A DNA stretch of 64,000 bases from Antedon mediterranea (taxonomy: Eukaryota > Animalia > Echinodermata). The notes below the pieces were generated by a model that saw nothing but the letters and a program-made list of their open reading frames with translations, did not search any database and had not been told where the DNA came from. Positions 13,201 to 27,535 of this stretch are shown one piece after another (the first letter of the stretch is position 1; every line of letters begins with the position of its first letter). The stretch is from positions 7,834,101 to 7,898,100 of the forward strand of contig NC_092677.1 of NCBI RefSeq assembly GCF_964355755.1, written 5' to 3'. The position numbers and the translations under genes were made by a program.

Positions 13201-15368
13201 TACAGATAGATATGTGGTCAAGGACCATTCCATTAAATTTTGGGACCATTTGGGACCACTTTTTAGTATAGGCCTACTTTTCAGACCCGCTAGATAGGAC
13301 ATAATTTTTCAAAAGCCGGCGAGCAGTCTTAAAGTAACCGTAGAGATATTATAATATCTCCATGAAGTAACAAGTGAACTGAAATTGCATATTCTCAAGA
13401 ACTACTTGTCCAAAAAACTTCATTTTTGTACAAGAGGCAAAAGTTATAATTTTTGATTGGTAATTTTAAAACAAATTGATTTAATGTGCACATTTTTTGA
13501 TGCGAGTAGTTTAAAAACCTATTTCTTTTCAAATTCACTCGTTTGATTTTCGCGTTGCTATTGTTAGTCAACTGAAGCTTATATTGTTAATTGAAAGGCT
13601 TGTTACATAACCATTACACCAAACTCGCATATACACACTACATACTTGTAGTGAAATTAGCCTAAATCACAAACAGCATTAAGACACACACAAATATAAA
13701 TATATATTTTTTTACCGAAGAAATCTTATGTAGGGGAATTTTACAGTAGGCGGAGGTATGCACTCTCGGAGTGGCTTTCTAGTTCTATTGTTTTATAGGT
13801 CTTGCCATCTCGCTACTATTATATTTTAAGAAGTGTATTCAATATTCAATATTCAAGCAGTGACAGAATAACCAGTAAAAGAAATTATTAGAATACACAG
13901 AACATAGAAGAGTATAGACTATTTTATATATTTAATAGTTTTATATGTGAATCTATAAAGATAATATGCAAGGATGCACCACAAACAGAACATATTAGTG
14001 AATTGAGAATGTGTACTGTAGTTGGTACAGGAGTTATATTTATATGCAATTGATTTCTTTCAATCAAATACAACTCGTGCAATATTTTGATAAGTTCTAA
14101 TGACTTTTGGCATTGTTTTCAAACAAATGTATTACAGTATCCACTGAAACATAAAAATAAAATTAACTTTGATTAATTAGTACTGTACTATTTGACCTAA
14201 GAATGTTTATTTGGTGTAACTGGGTAAATGTTTAATAAAGCTGATTTATATAGATATTTCAAAGGAAAAATATCAAACCCTCCTAGTTCTAAAATAAACA
14301 TTTTTTGTGTTCATCCAATTCAAATATTCGCACCACCTTCACCAGGGCCATAGTTCATTTATATTTATATAGAAAGATTCAATAGAAAACCTGTGCAACC
14401 ATTCCATAGAGTTTTATATACCTTATATAGAATGTCTATACCGAGGTTTTTATAGACCTTCTATAGAAGTTTTCATAGAATTTCCATATCATTTCTATGG
14501 ATTTTTTCTATAAAAATCTTTATTGATAATCTGTAGACAATTATATAGATTTTCATAAACATCTATGCATAGAATCCTATAGACAACTTTTGTAAGAGCG
14601 ATCTCGGATATGTTGACTTTTAAACAAAATAAGTGAACCAAATCATACTATTTCGTCTTGGATTTAGTAGTTTAAACTCTCACTGGTATTTAAAATAGGG
14701 TTAAGTTGCTTCTCTCACTGCTGGTTATGAGAACTCATTTAATTTTCTTTTGCATGGCACCTGATTCTTATTCAGCGAAAATTGTTAAACATTTACTTGA
14801 TCAAAATTCTATGTAACATTTTGTTTATATTTTTTGATCAAATGAGAAAAAAAAAATTTCTTATTTCATTGTGTCCAGAAATATTTAACTCCAATACATT
14901 TACTATTTAGATTTATTTATATGTTCATCTTCTTCTGAGCAGGCAGTTTTAATATTTTAAATTTTCAACTGTATTTCGTAAGTTTTTTAAATGTTTTTTG
15001 TTTTCATTTTATCATCTTTTTTTAAAGAGATATTTTGTAATTGTAACATTTACACATTAACACATTTGATTTTAATATCCAGTCACATTTACTTTATAAA
15101 TAAACATTAACAAAATGTATAGTCCAAAGAAGACAATTTTCGACTATATATCACGAAATACGTACAGTATAAAAAAACATGTTTATAATGAAGGAGTAGC
15201 CTATCTGAAAAACAAAATGCAACTCATCGCTCGGACTTTGGGAACCAGACGTTTATTGCCTGAGAGAGCGTATAATGTATCTACAATTGCTATCACATGG
15301 AGCCATGATCAGAAAGAATATGACAGCTAAGTTATAATAAATACAAATAATATACCAACTTACTTCAT
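7288..15368 (-). CDS. Secreted CAP/SCP (CRISP/PR-1-like) protein: CAP-hinge-EGF-like-ShKT-CPC tail, about 294 aa
   Basis: Exons 15368-15364 (ATGAA|GTAAGT, tentative), 11669-11519, 11264-11025, 10264-10179, 9834-9746, 9386-9357, 8948-8859, 8593-8486, 7607-7578, 7343-7288; 885 nt in frame. Motifs [41 protein letters not shown]; ShK CADTHANC...CPKMCGLC; tail AFPTETPCPCTRHKPPGV*. Confidence 0.9.
8486..8593 (-). CDS. ShKT-domain exon of CAP gene 2
   Basis: EICADTHANCGNGWFVGQCGRFDYVDEGCPKMCGLC: six Cys with terminal CPxxCxxC; phase 1-1 exon. Confidence 0.85.
10740..10930 (+). mobile_element. Helitron-like 3' end fragment (second copy near 51200-51383)
   Basis: Closely similar to 51200-51383; ends in a short hairpin (AATTCG...CGAATT) followed by CTAG-T. 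Confidence 0.55.
13113..13783 (+). mobile_element. Helentron-associated non-autonomous element (HINE/DINE-like)
   Basis: 5' TTACCTCCGCC, (GTTT)n microsatellite, 3' inverted GGCGGAGGTA, hairpin CACTC-TCG-GAGTG, then CTAGTT. Confidence 0.7.
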
Positions 15369-17854
15369 TTTGTCTCTTACTCTTAGTTTTATCGTAAGAC
15401 TTTTCAAGTACGATTCCGTAAATTATGTCCACTTCGTCTTAAAAATACGCGGATTACCGGATATAACGTTCTTTTACTTTTTTTCGCCGTTTCCATATAA
15501 ATTGCCAAATGCTAACTGAATGATTCAGGTATAATGGTTGGACAAATATTCATAGATAATTATACGCTTAGCGATTTAATTGATTTTCAGCCTTCTTACC
15601 TATAATATCAAATCATTCTAGCTTAATTGGGTGTATAACCTGTCGGCTTTCCGTGTTAGTGCGCTCTAACAAAACGACTTGTTTGCTTTGTCGCGTTTAG
15701 TTTAAACCCGATACTTCAATGTTTATACTTTAGTTGCATTGTCGGTAATATTTCTTATTTTTGCCGATTGATTTTAACTTGTTGAAGAAACTTTTTTATT
15801 TGTTCATTTTGGATTTTGTAAAGAATTAAAGTATATAAGCAATTCATTTTAATTTAATTTATATAAACCTTAAATTATAGAAATTGTTTTGTAATTGTCA
15901 TTGTAAACTGGTGTTTGAATGTTTGTTTTATCTGTACAATGTTAATGTTTTGTTTGCGTTTATCACGACCTTCTATAAAAACTGTCAATGTGACCAATGA
16001 ACAAGAAATTCGTGAATACATTATATTTAGGCCTAGTGACCTACATACAGTAGGCCTATAGCATATTATTATAATCAGATGCAGATTTACGTAGGCTTAA
16101 TACAAATCATTATGTTATAACGGTTTTCACCAATGGTTATTCTTAATTATATATTCCTGGTGTGTTTTAACTGATCATCATCATCGAGAATTTATGAACA
16201 CTTCCTAAATTCTTATTGGATTTAACATGATATCGGCTCGTCTACTGCGTAGGATGGGACACGCAACTAGCGAAAACAATATTTAATAGAAACTTGGTTT
16301 TACATGCATGTTTCAAGCCTCCGAGAAACTGCGTATCGTAAGGCTTTGCGACGACTGCTGACATACTTGTATAGATGGTAAATTGAGGGGAACATTTCGA
16401 CGCGGTTCCGTACGGATTCCGCTACACAGGTTTTATATTTCAAAATCCTGGATTCGCCACAACAGCGTCCTCAGAATAGGATCTTTTAGATTTTCACGTC
16501 GACTATGTCGACTGCTACCCTATTACCCTATTACATCAGTGTTTTGGTATGCGCATGCGCTAGGACGTTCGCTCTCTCACATGAGTACCAGTGGACATAT
16601 GACGTCATAACACTGCAAAAGCTTACCCAAAATCACAAAATCATCGCCGAAAATATCGCGATGATTTTCTGAGAATAGGCCTATAGTAAAGCGAATTTCA
16701 GTAAAATGTTATTTGCAAACTGTGAAGTATTGATTTGTATTGATTATTTTAAATAAAAGTTTTAATAATACAGGTTATGGCCTAGGACGCCAGACTTCGT
16801 TCAGAAAATTAAGGCTCTAGGCTAGGCCTAAGCTACACACTTATAATTAATACAATAGCACCACGGACGAGCGCTTACTTCCATCTTCCTAAGCTTACAC
16901 CTCTACCTCATAACCAGACTACGCCCTATAATAATAGTATGCCTTTTATATGTATTCATTATGGAATACCATAAACGTATTATACCAGAAGTTAATTTAA
17001 AGAGCAGATACATTTACAGTTGAAAGGATAAAGCTGACCAAGCCTTTCATTGGGTCAAGATGATAAAGTTAAAGATAACAAAATCTGTGTAACAAACCGA
17101 TATTAATATTATTGATTTAATATATGTTATGTGGATTTAAACAATATATTGGCTACTGGTACCCTATCGGTCTCACAGTCGACACATAACTTTTGATTTG
17201 TAATCCAACAGTAAATGACCACTTCAATTTAATGGACTGTGAACGCATCGGTATACAAAAGCGTATACATTTCAGTTCAATATATTATTACTATTTATTT
17301 ATTTGTTATTCCATTCATTCAATCTTTTATTTCGGAATCTCTGGTCCATAGAAAGTAAAAATTACATATAAATGAAATAAAAATAATGTATGTCTTTACG
17401 CATATGGCCAAGGAATGCCAATAGTAAATCATTGTCCTATCATCAGATAGCCGGTAATCCCTCTGACGCACCAGATACTATTTTGTAACCCCCTACTCGT
17501 CTCGAATGAGGAACGATTTTACACGGAAATACTGAGTACACTAGACCTACGGGTTATAGCCTGGAAACAATGCTTTATGCACTGTTATTCGTAGTCTTGA
17601 GAATTACGGTGTCATCTAAAATGGCATGAGGAAGTATGATTTTCATGGATAAATGTTTTACATAAATTATTCGGTTTATTAGGCTTTTTCCTGGTTTATT
17701 TTCATCAACTTTTTAATTTGTACACTTGTGCTAAACAGCGCATAGAGACTATTTGTATTTTGCGCTATATACATTTAAAACCATTAAACATGTTTATGCT
17801 GTTGAACAGGCTTGGAATTCCACAACTCGGGTACAACTCGAGTAAAACTCGCGT

Positions 17855-18300
17855 AAAAATCGGGTACAACTCGTGTACATCTCGGGTACGACTCAGGTTA
17901 TTACAAATAATTTGTTCGGGCAATGCAAAAAATAAAGACCTATTTAAGTAAGATCTCACGGGCAATGCGTTGTAAATGAAAATGATTGGCATTTATATTT
18001 CATAAAAGCATGTTATATAAAGTAATTGAATTGTAAATTCTGATGAATGAGGCTGTTGTGGAAATCTTATGGAAGAATTGTATTGTAAACATATAAAAAC
18101 TGGCGTGCCAGGATATCGACCTTGACACTTATTTCAGCAGACAGTAATACTGTTGTATTTCAGTCTCCTCCAATATCAACAATAACAAAGTGATATTAAT
18201 TTAGCAACATGCTTTTAGTAATAAATGTATATTCATGTTTGTCTTCAATGAGGTGTAAAGATATGCTTCTATACTCGATTAACGATAAAATACTTGTATT
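17855..18300. repeat. Block duplicated at about 53317-53660, upstream of CAP genes 2 and 3
   Basis: Shared GATCTCACGGGCAATGCGTTGTAAA, CATAAAAGCATG and CTGTTGTATTTCAGTCTCCTCCAATATCAACA. Confidence 0.8.
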
Positions 18301-18419
18301 GCAACTTTTGGGTTGAATTATACAAAAATATATAATTATACTTAAATGAAAATATATCATATCCATCAACAACAAAAATCAAATTACACAAAACATCGAA
18401 GAACAGACAAAACAGAAGT

Positions 18420-18720
18420 CAGGGGAAGGTACGACTGTGCAGGGATACATTTTTGCCTACCACTTGTAAAAGAGACCAAAATTTACCATGACATTTTCTG
18501 ATCGTTCCGTTTTTACTTTTGGAATGCAAAATTCTTTAACTTGTCTTAAATTGTATCCAGATTTAGGCGCTTTTGGCAGAAGGTGGTGTAGTCTATGGGA
18601 AGGGTCTTTAAGTTTCTGATAGTAATCCTTGCACAGTCTAGTTCGACGTTCGATTGCTGTAACAATACGGAGATGATTGCGATTTCTGTATGTTATTTTT
18701 TGTTGTAGGAATTAGACTAC
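18420..18720 (-). mobile_element. Degenerate LINE (CR1/L2-like) 3' fragment
   Basis: Minus strand reads as HRLHHLLP...YNLR, typical of the C-terminus of non-LTR RT ORFs. Confidence 0.4.
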
Positions 18721-20399
18721 TGCATTCACATTACACTTGTACCATCTTTACGAAAGTTAAGCTCTACACTACCAATCTTTATGTGACACAAAATGTGATG
18801 TCATATCACTACCATATTTGGGCATATCACTACCATATTTGGGCATATCACTAAAATTATGCCTAGAATAAATACTAGATGCCAAATGGGCCAAAATTAT
18901 GCTAGATAGCATATATGCCAGATTTGGCCACTATGTTTTTAATACCTACGAGTGAGCCCTCTATAGTTTTGACGGGCTCAAACTTTTTTTGAATTACAGT
19001 AGGCCTAATGAATACATTGTATTTAGAAGGTACATTGAGAAATAGTATAAATTAAATTAGAACATTTTAAATTGTTACCACTACTGACCGCTGCTACTGA
19101 AAAGGCAAATATTGGCGTACAAAAGGTGGGATAAATTAGCGAGGGCTTAAAATAATTATTGTTTGTATTGTATTTTTAAGCAAGTTCAAAGGTTATTAAA
19201 AAAAAAACTAGATAGAGAGCGGGAAAGAACCCAGACATACGGGTTCTGTTCTACCATCTCAGACTACTTAGACGGCACGAGAGGCGAATTGAGATGCAGG
19301 TAAGTTTAGATGTTTTGTTTCGAAAATATACGCAAATCGAACGTAAATATTGCATCAGCTGTACTGAAGAACAACCTGTATTATCCAAGAAAAATAGCTA
19401 ATAATTTATTTCACTGAAACACTAAAGTACCATCCGAAATAAAGTTTTAGTTTGATGTGATCCCCGAAGCCATGTCGTTGGCACCATCCGGGCGCGCTGC
19501 TTACGGTTCGAGAAGAACTCAACACACTGAACTTGAGTGTTCAGAACAACTTACAAAGAAAATTAATTAAAATAATTACACAATTATTCAGTATTCGCTG
19601 ATATATTATCCCGATAATCAATTGATTTACACATTATTTGGATTCATTTATAATCCAATTCCAAATTCAGATCGTTCTAATTTTGTTAGTTAAAAATAGG
19701 GTTTCAGATAGTTTATAAAGAAAGTAAACCACTACGACACACACGCCGCCATGTTTCCAGATTTTGTTTTCGCTGATGTTTATTTTACGTAGGCCTATTT
19801 GTGTTTTGTATAGGCATACGGTTGTTGAAACTTTGAATAAAATAATTAATAAATATCAATAAATGTATTTTATTACGTACAATTTGTATTGATAAGTTAT
19901 TCAGGTAAGTATGAATTATTTTGTTATGTTGAAGCCACTCAAATCGCCACTCACCAACTAAAGCACTAGGCGAGCGTACGTCTACGTCACACGGTCACGT
20001 CACACGGTTGTTGTTGATGGTCGGTAGTTTACGATAATGTGACTGCTCAGAACTGTAGAGTATCAAGGACAGACGTATATATTTGGTAATTAAACGCAGG
20101 GAATTATTTCTTTCATCTTCATTATCTTTAATGAAAATATAACTTTTTATTTTGAATAAATACATTTCTTTGTAATCAATTTCTAGTTCTTGTTTTTCTT
20201 ATTGTTTTTTTGCATTTACAGTAGGCCCTATATAATATAACACCACAGGCGGCAAACATTAATTTTTAACCGCCTGAGTGATGATATTCCGAAAAATAAT
20301 TTTACAATATATAATACATACATTTCTTTTTATATTTCTTTTTTATATGTTAAGTTTCCCATATCAATAAATATAAATTATACAATTCATCATTAACAT

Positions 20400-22330
20400 T
20401 TTTCTTTAAAGAGTTTTAAATTAAAACAAAACACATTAGTTGTATTGTCTTTAGTAACTCTCATCTTTTTTAAATATAATATGTTTGCATTATTTATGTT
20501 TATGCACAGAATTGAGTGGTTTATTCACATCTTCACAATAATAAAAAAATAAAATCAATACATAACATAAAATAAATCAGCATTAATAAAATACATTCAT
20601 AGTATGTACAAGGATACTCTTAAAAATGACCCATTGGTTTTATTTATTTAGTGCTGACAATATATTTTTTTGTATATAGAATAAAAAGCAATTAAATATA
20701 GTTTTCTTTATGCTGCATTCACAACCAAAAACTTACTCTTTAAATGAACAGATACAATTAAGTTGTGCATATTTTTAATTTTTCGCATTTTTTACTTTCT
20801 TTACCAAATGTCAAACCAACATGATACTAATTTCATGTTCCCATTTGGGAATGGTAATAGGGAAAACAAATGTGCCATCAATTAGACTTGAATATATCTT
20901 TTATATCTTTAATTTTAAAATCCTGCTTAGGCCTACACTATATTCATCTGGATTTAATTCAACACTATTTTCTTTAACATTTTTTTATCAAATCCAGCCA
21001 ACATTTAGGAATAGCTTGTATAAATGTAGCATATTCACTAATCCAGTTTTTTTTACTTCTAACTGTAACAGAATTTCACCTGGGTACATATGACATTTGA
21101 CTAAATCATTAATTTGATTAAAAACTCCACATTTTATAAACGAAGCTTTGTTTTTAAATACAATTTCCTTATTTCCCCATAGGTTTTCTTGCATAACATC
21201 ATTATATGATGTTACACTATGGCATCTTATTTAAAAAATAACTGCACTTATTATTATTCAAATTTGACATGTTCAATACTATAAATTCATTTCCCATCTT
21301 ATTTATGTAATACAAAGGAAGTATTTTCCATTTTACATGCTTTCTACAAAGAATTTACCCATGAGATTTTGAGAGCTTTCACTTGAATAGAAAAATCAGA
21401 CATATTAATGCCACCATTAACTATTTTACCTTAATGTTTTCCTTTTTATTTTTTCCTTTTTTCCATTCCAGAGAAATTCATAAGATTATTGTGTTATCCT
21501 TTTAACAACACTTTCTGGAACATCATTTATAGATGCATTGTAAAGTAATTGAGCTAAAGCTAAACTATTATTTTCCCAAATACTGTAAGGTTCCTTCCTG
21601 CCTTTCCATATATTCAACAACTTTTCAAAATGTGTTAACTTTTTGTCCTAATTTAATTCTTTGCACAATTCTGTATCATATCCAAAGTAGATTCATAAGA
21701 TCTTTATTAGATGAATGACACAGTTTAAGTTATATGGTTTATCACTTGTATATCTATTCTTACCAATCCACATAGCAATTGTTTGTTTTTATTTAAACTT
21801 AAACCAGATACTTCACAGAAATCACTTAGATTGAATAGACCTCTTTCTATATTCTTTTTCATTTCCTGTAAATAAGACTGTATTGTCTTCAAGTTGTGCT
21901 ATACGCACTTCATTTTTAATAGGACTAGGCAGCATAATTCCTTGATAGTTTAGATCGTTTCTTATATTATTCGCCATCATTTCTACCACCAATAGAAATA
22001 GTAATGCTGACAAGGGGCAGCCCTGTCGTATTCCACATTTCATTTCAAAATTGCGGATATCAAACCATGTTAACAATGACATATTCTGTTACCCAACTAA
22101 AAAATGACTGGACAAAATTAAACTTTCTAACACTTTAAACATAAATTCTCTACTAACAGAGTTAATTTCTTTTTTGAAATCCAGTGACAAAAAGGACCCT
22201 TCAATATCTTTTTCAACAGTATAATATAGGAGATCATTGATTAGCCAGCAAAATGCCCTTTGACTTAACCTTTATGATCACTATTTATAACAGAATGAAT
22301 AACCCTATGCAATCTATTACTAAGGATATG
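20400..22330 (-). mobile_element. Degenerate L1/Tx1-like LINE reverse-transcriptase relic
   Basis: ORF 21822-22082 contains GIRQGCPLSALLFLLVVE and a decayed YADD box (QLEDN); flanks are frameshifted LINE-like coding sequence. Confidence 0.8.
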
Positions 22331-22828
22331 TATTAACCCTTTGAAGATGCGAGGTTTCTACCCCAAGTGACTAAGGCTAAATAAGGTATATTTAATGGGT
22401 TTAGGATTTAGGATTTTTATGACTAACTTTCTGCAATTGTTGGTTTTATTGTTATGTGAAATGTTTTGGGCCTTTCGAAAAATTTCATTCTTTTTTTGGA
22501 CCTAGGTCAAAGATTAAATGCTCAAAAAGTGCAATTCAGTGACCCCAAAAAGTCAACCTGTACATATACGGGCCTCGCATACTGGGACACTAAGTTACCC
22601 CATATGCATTATTATCTTTTTTCGTATTAGGTTAGGAACTATAGAGGGCGTGCATCCATACATGAATATTCATGATGTGACGGAAAACTTGGAAATAGTT
22701 TATACGCGGTGATAATCAAACACCCAAACACTCAATAACCATCATGTAGCTGCGTGTTAGTAATATAATCTTGTTAATAAGTACAGGCCTAGCTAGGCCT
22801 AATGATAAATATTAAATTGTAATAATAT

Positions 22829-23103
22829 GAAAAGAGAGAAATAAATATATGGCCCCATCAGGATTTGAACCAGAGACATACCATGCAGATTCTCTACCAA
22901 CTGAGCTACAAGGCTTGGATGTGCAACTCGCCAATTCAATTCTTTTACATTCTTAATTTAATTGTTGAGTTGCTTTTCATGAGCATACAATGCAGAAAGA
23001 ATTTGGGGCCCTGTAGATCAATCGGTAGAGCATTCACACGGTATGTTGAAGGTCTCTGGTTCAAATCCTGATGTGGGGCCATATATTTATTTTCTCACTT
23101 TTT
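22829..23103. repeat. Inverted pair of tRNA-like sequences forming a palindromic element
   Basis: 22836-22914 is the reverse complement of 23007-23096. The plus arm has A-box TAGATCAATCGGTAGAGC and B-box GGTTCAAATCC. Confidence 0.75.
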
Positions 23104-23719
23104 GAATAAAACCTTTACATATGATTGGGATGGTTCCATACCAAATTCTTAAACATTCTAGATTCAAACTTACTTGATTGAAAGAAATTAATATTTCTTT
23201 TTTGATTAGATTGTATTTTAGAATGCATATTTCAGTTCTCAATTATTTTTAACGGTGTTTTCTTTGACACTGAAAGAGAAAATGAAATATCGAACATGTG
23301 AATATGTGAAGGACTGTTGCAATGCATACCCTTTTCTTGGAAATTTGTGAAAATGAGATATCTTCATCCTTAGATGCTGGTGTCAAGAACTTTTGTTATC
23401 TTTTTCGATTCTATCCTCGAGTTCCTCTTGTAATCCTGTGTTATAATAAAAGTTATGATATTTCAGGTTTAAATTCATTAAAAAAAAATTTGTGTTGGCC
23501 ACATTTTGGTTAAATTACAAAAATGAGTAGGTCGGTAGGAAAAGTTTTTTTTTTTTTTTCAGACCAAAAATGTGTTGCCGGCAAAATAATAAACAATTTA
23601 CACAAATGATACAAAAAGACTTTTAAAAACACTTTTCATAGCACCCTAGGCTCATGCTAGCTATAACATCTTGTTTCAACAAAGTTTAAAAAATAAATGT
23701 TATTGTTTATTAAATATTA

Positions 23720-24397
23720 CCGTACTGACGCGGGTATAAGCCCACCCCCCTCGAACATGAAATCACGTCAAGTTTGGGGGGTGGGCTTATACCCGAGGAT
23801 CCAAAAATGCAGATCGTCAAAAACAGCACATGTACACTACTGTGTATTCCACCATGCGAGCGAGCGCCCTCACGTGTACGACGTTGCCTCTAATTAATAC
23901 ACAAGGTGTAGAGTGTCGGAAAATTAAGCTTATAGTTCGTGTAATTTATCGTAGAATATCTTATTTTACTGTAAACATCAATTTAACAAGAATTTATCAA
24001 GCAGAAAAGCAAGTATACAATGTTCGTTAAATAGAAATGTACCAAAGAAATTTAATAAGCTTGTTTATGGCAGCCGATCCCAAATAGTGGTTTTCCGTTT
24101 TGGCGACTTGTAGCGTCGTGTGTGAAGCGATCTTCGACCGCGATGGAGTGTAAACAAAACAGGACCGCTAGGCCTCATATGGCCTAGCGTATATTAGCCT
24201 AGCTTGGTTATGATCAAAGGTAGGTGTATTCGGTGTATGGACGTCGCCAAATACAAAATAATGCATTACGACATACACTGTAGATCTTCGAATTAATGGG
24301 TGGGCTTATACCCGAGTTCCTCATTTTTCATGAAAATTAGTCAAAAGTCGGGGGTGGGCTTATACCCGAGTATGGACTTATACCCGCGTCAGTACGG
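23720..24397. mobile_element. pogo/Tigger-type (Tc1/mariner superfamily) MITE
   Basis: TIRs CCGTACTGACGCGGGTATAAG / CTTATACCCGCGTCAGTACGG with TA on both sides; subterminal GGGCTTATACCCGAG repeats. Confidence 0.85.
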
Positions 24398-26429
24398 TAC
24401 ATATAAAATGTAAATTAAATATAAAAATATAAATAGTTTTAACTAGGCCTACACATGACGGTCATTCCTTACCAACTCATAGTCATAGATTTTTTGGCAC
24501 ACTGGTACTAGGCCTAGTTATTTTATATTATTTTATCAACATTGTTTACAACAATACTGGGCAGAGGTCTACATTTAATTAATATATATTTTAAGAATAT
24601 AATGTACAATATAATATTAATTTGTAATCAGGCCAAAACATTTTTATTGTGTTGTCCATGCCCGACCGACCCTAAACTGATGAAAATGAAGGTTGGCTTT
24701 TTTTTGGCGAGCCAAACGGCAATTGTGAAACCAAAAAAATATTGTCTTATTTGCCAAATTGGCGAATATATTTCACCTCCGCCGTACGTGTAAAAAAGAA
24801 GCGTGCAACCAACCGTGAATCAAGCATGTGATAACCGGAATACGCGATTATCAATTTTGGGGGGATCTAAGTTTTAACAAAATAAATGTTTCATTACACA
24901 GTGGTTGAGACACGTTTTTAATAGTTAATAATCACATTTTGAAACACCCTGATCATAATTAATGGACTCTACCAATGTTGATCTGCTGCAAAGAACAACA
25001 GATTGTACATCGCACGAGGTTGTTGAGGCGGTGGTTTTACTGTACAGTACTACAGTACGATCCGATTACAAACTTGTAAAATTATTTCAAAGCCATGGAT
25101 TCGCCAAGCAAGTAGGCCTATACGTTTAATAAAAAATTACCTAAGATTGTTTATATTCCGATAATCCACTCATTCCGGCATGCACGCAGGCCTCTAGCCT
25201 AGGCCTACTCCTAGATCGATTGACTGGACTGGATCCCCTCTACAGTGCTCTTACTTTTGCTGCCACTTCACTGGCTTTGTTTGGTTGTTACTAGCAACAG
25301 GCTTAGCCGTAGTAGCAGGAAACATTCGATCGAATGTATACATATTTTTTCTCCTAAGAATAATTTTCTTAATCAACTGTTTCCTGAGTATTGTATAACA
25401 ACGTTTACTTACTGCTTTTTTTCTTTACTGTGTTTTAATAATAAATAATTTAATATTTTTATAACTGATTTCATGTAGAGCGACCTGCAGCCTTCCACCA
25501 TAATGTTATGTTATACACAAACTGAATTATTATTTACTGCTGTTCAGTCAACACTGGCAATTTTTTGTCTTGCATTTTTCTAAACGGGACTCTGAATCTA
25601 ACAATGTGAATATAATATTTTGTTATTTGAATATTAAAATTATTAAAGCAGTATTAAGTTCAGCTGTTATCTTTCAGATTTGATGGTCTATGGTTATCCT
25701 GTCCCTGTGAAGACACTTTTACAGCTTCCGGAAGTTGTTTGTTCATGTTCCGAAGATGGTTTTTCCTGGTGTTTCATTTAGTTATGATTACAATTTTTAT
25801 TTATTTTTTTATTAATTTTTATCCCTCACCCCTCCACACCAAAAAAAATTCACAATACATTGAAAATAAGTACACATGTAGAAAAATGTGTCTGCATGTT
25901 TACTACATTACATCATCAAAATACATTGAAAATAAATAAATATTTTAAAATGTGTATGTGTGTTTATTTCGTTACATCATCACAATATATTGAGAATAAA
26001 TAAATATCGAAAAATGTGTCCATGTGTTTGTTTCATTATATCATTATATCAATCAATATCAATATATATTAATAATAATAACAAGGAGCCTGTGTTTTTA
26101 TATATGAAATTCCTTATAATCAAAATAATTCCTAAAAATTTAAATTTTTGTTACCCTTAAATCATGTTATATTGTATTATAAACAGCATTTTAATTCACT
26201 TATATGTATGTTAATACAAATAATGTTAATTTGCTTGTTGTGCTTGGTTGTAACAAAATTGTTTTCAATTCAATTGGTATTTATATTAATTTTAAATAAT
26301 CAAAAATATCTGTGTTTAATATCTTGTACTATGCTAAAAGCATTCTATTTCACTATTGTATGTATGTAAATTTTAAATAGTGTTAATTATTATTGGTTAA
26401 ATTTTTGTTTACTGTTCTTAAAAAAATGT

Positions 26430-26980
26430 ATATTCACTATTGTATGTATGTATGGTAATTTTAAATAATGTTAATTATAATTGGTTTAATTGTGCATTCT
26501 CTGCTTAAAAATGTATTTTAATTTACTATTGTGTATGTATGTTAATTTAAAATAATGTTAAATTATAATTGGTTTAATTGTGCATTCTCTGCTTAAAAAT
26601 GTATTTTAATTTACTATTGTGTATGTATGTTAATTTAAAATAATGTTAAATTATAATTGGTTTAATTGTGCATTCTCTGCTTAAAAATGTATTTTAATTT
26701 ACTATTGTGTATGTATGTTAATTTTAAATAATGTTAAATTATTATTGGTTTAATTGTGCATAAAAATGTATTTTAATTTACTATTGTGTATGTATGTTAA
26801 TTTAAAATAATGTTAAATTATTATTGGTTTAATTGTGCATTCTCTGCTTAAAAATGTATTTTAATTTACTATTGTGTATGTATGTTAATTTAAAATAATG
26901 TTAAATTATTATTGGTTTAATTGTGTTATACTTGCTCTAAAAAATCTTTTTAATTCACTTTGTATGTATGTTTTAAATAA
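26430..26980. repeat. About 68-bp AT-rich tandem repeat (about 7-8 copies)
   Basis: Unit TTTACTATTGTGTATGTATGTTAATTTAAAATAATGTTAAATTATAATTGGTTTAATTGTGCATTCTCTGCTTAAAAATG... Confidence 0.9.
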
Positions 26981-27535
26981 TGTTAAAAAATCTATTTCAT
27001 TTTATACAGTACTGTAAAACTCCTGCACATTCTGCTATTTATGCAAAGGTACTGACTATGGGCAAGAAACTTTTATCATTTCAGATTTACAGTTTTGTTT
27101 GGTATAACTGCAGATGGTTTTTTTTTTCATGTTCCGGCATAGATGTTTATTTTTCTATTTGAAGACATCCAAGTAAGACCTAATTAATAAACCAATCAAA
27201 ACTAACATATAGATATTGAAAATCTATATCTATGTGTTGGTTTGTGGTTATTCCTTTACAGATTGACTTAAGTTGTTACTTATATAATATATTATAATCT
27301 ATATCATAAAATATGTGCATTAGTATTATAGGCTATGATAATTGGGTAAGTATATTGATACAGGTATGTGTTTTTTGTTTATAAACTACCTACATGAATT
27401 TACATAGGTTAGTTTTCATACCTCTTTGAAATATATTTTTTTATGTAATTTCTACTCATTCATACCCTTTCAGTGTTCTGGTCTGATGTTTGTCAGTATG
27501 TTCCTGCCTAGATGTTGATTTTTTTCTTTACGATC

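Noticed and set aside
22333-22360. piggyBac-like end TTAA-CCCTTT interrupting the LINE
   Set aside because: I could not find a matching opposite TIR in the window.
23007-23081. Functional tRNA gene
   Set aside because: Stems are imperfect and it is one arm of an inverted repeat; treated as a tRNA-derived repeat.
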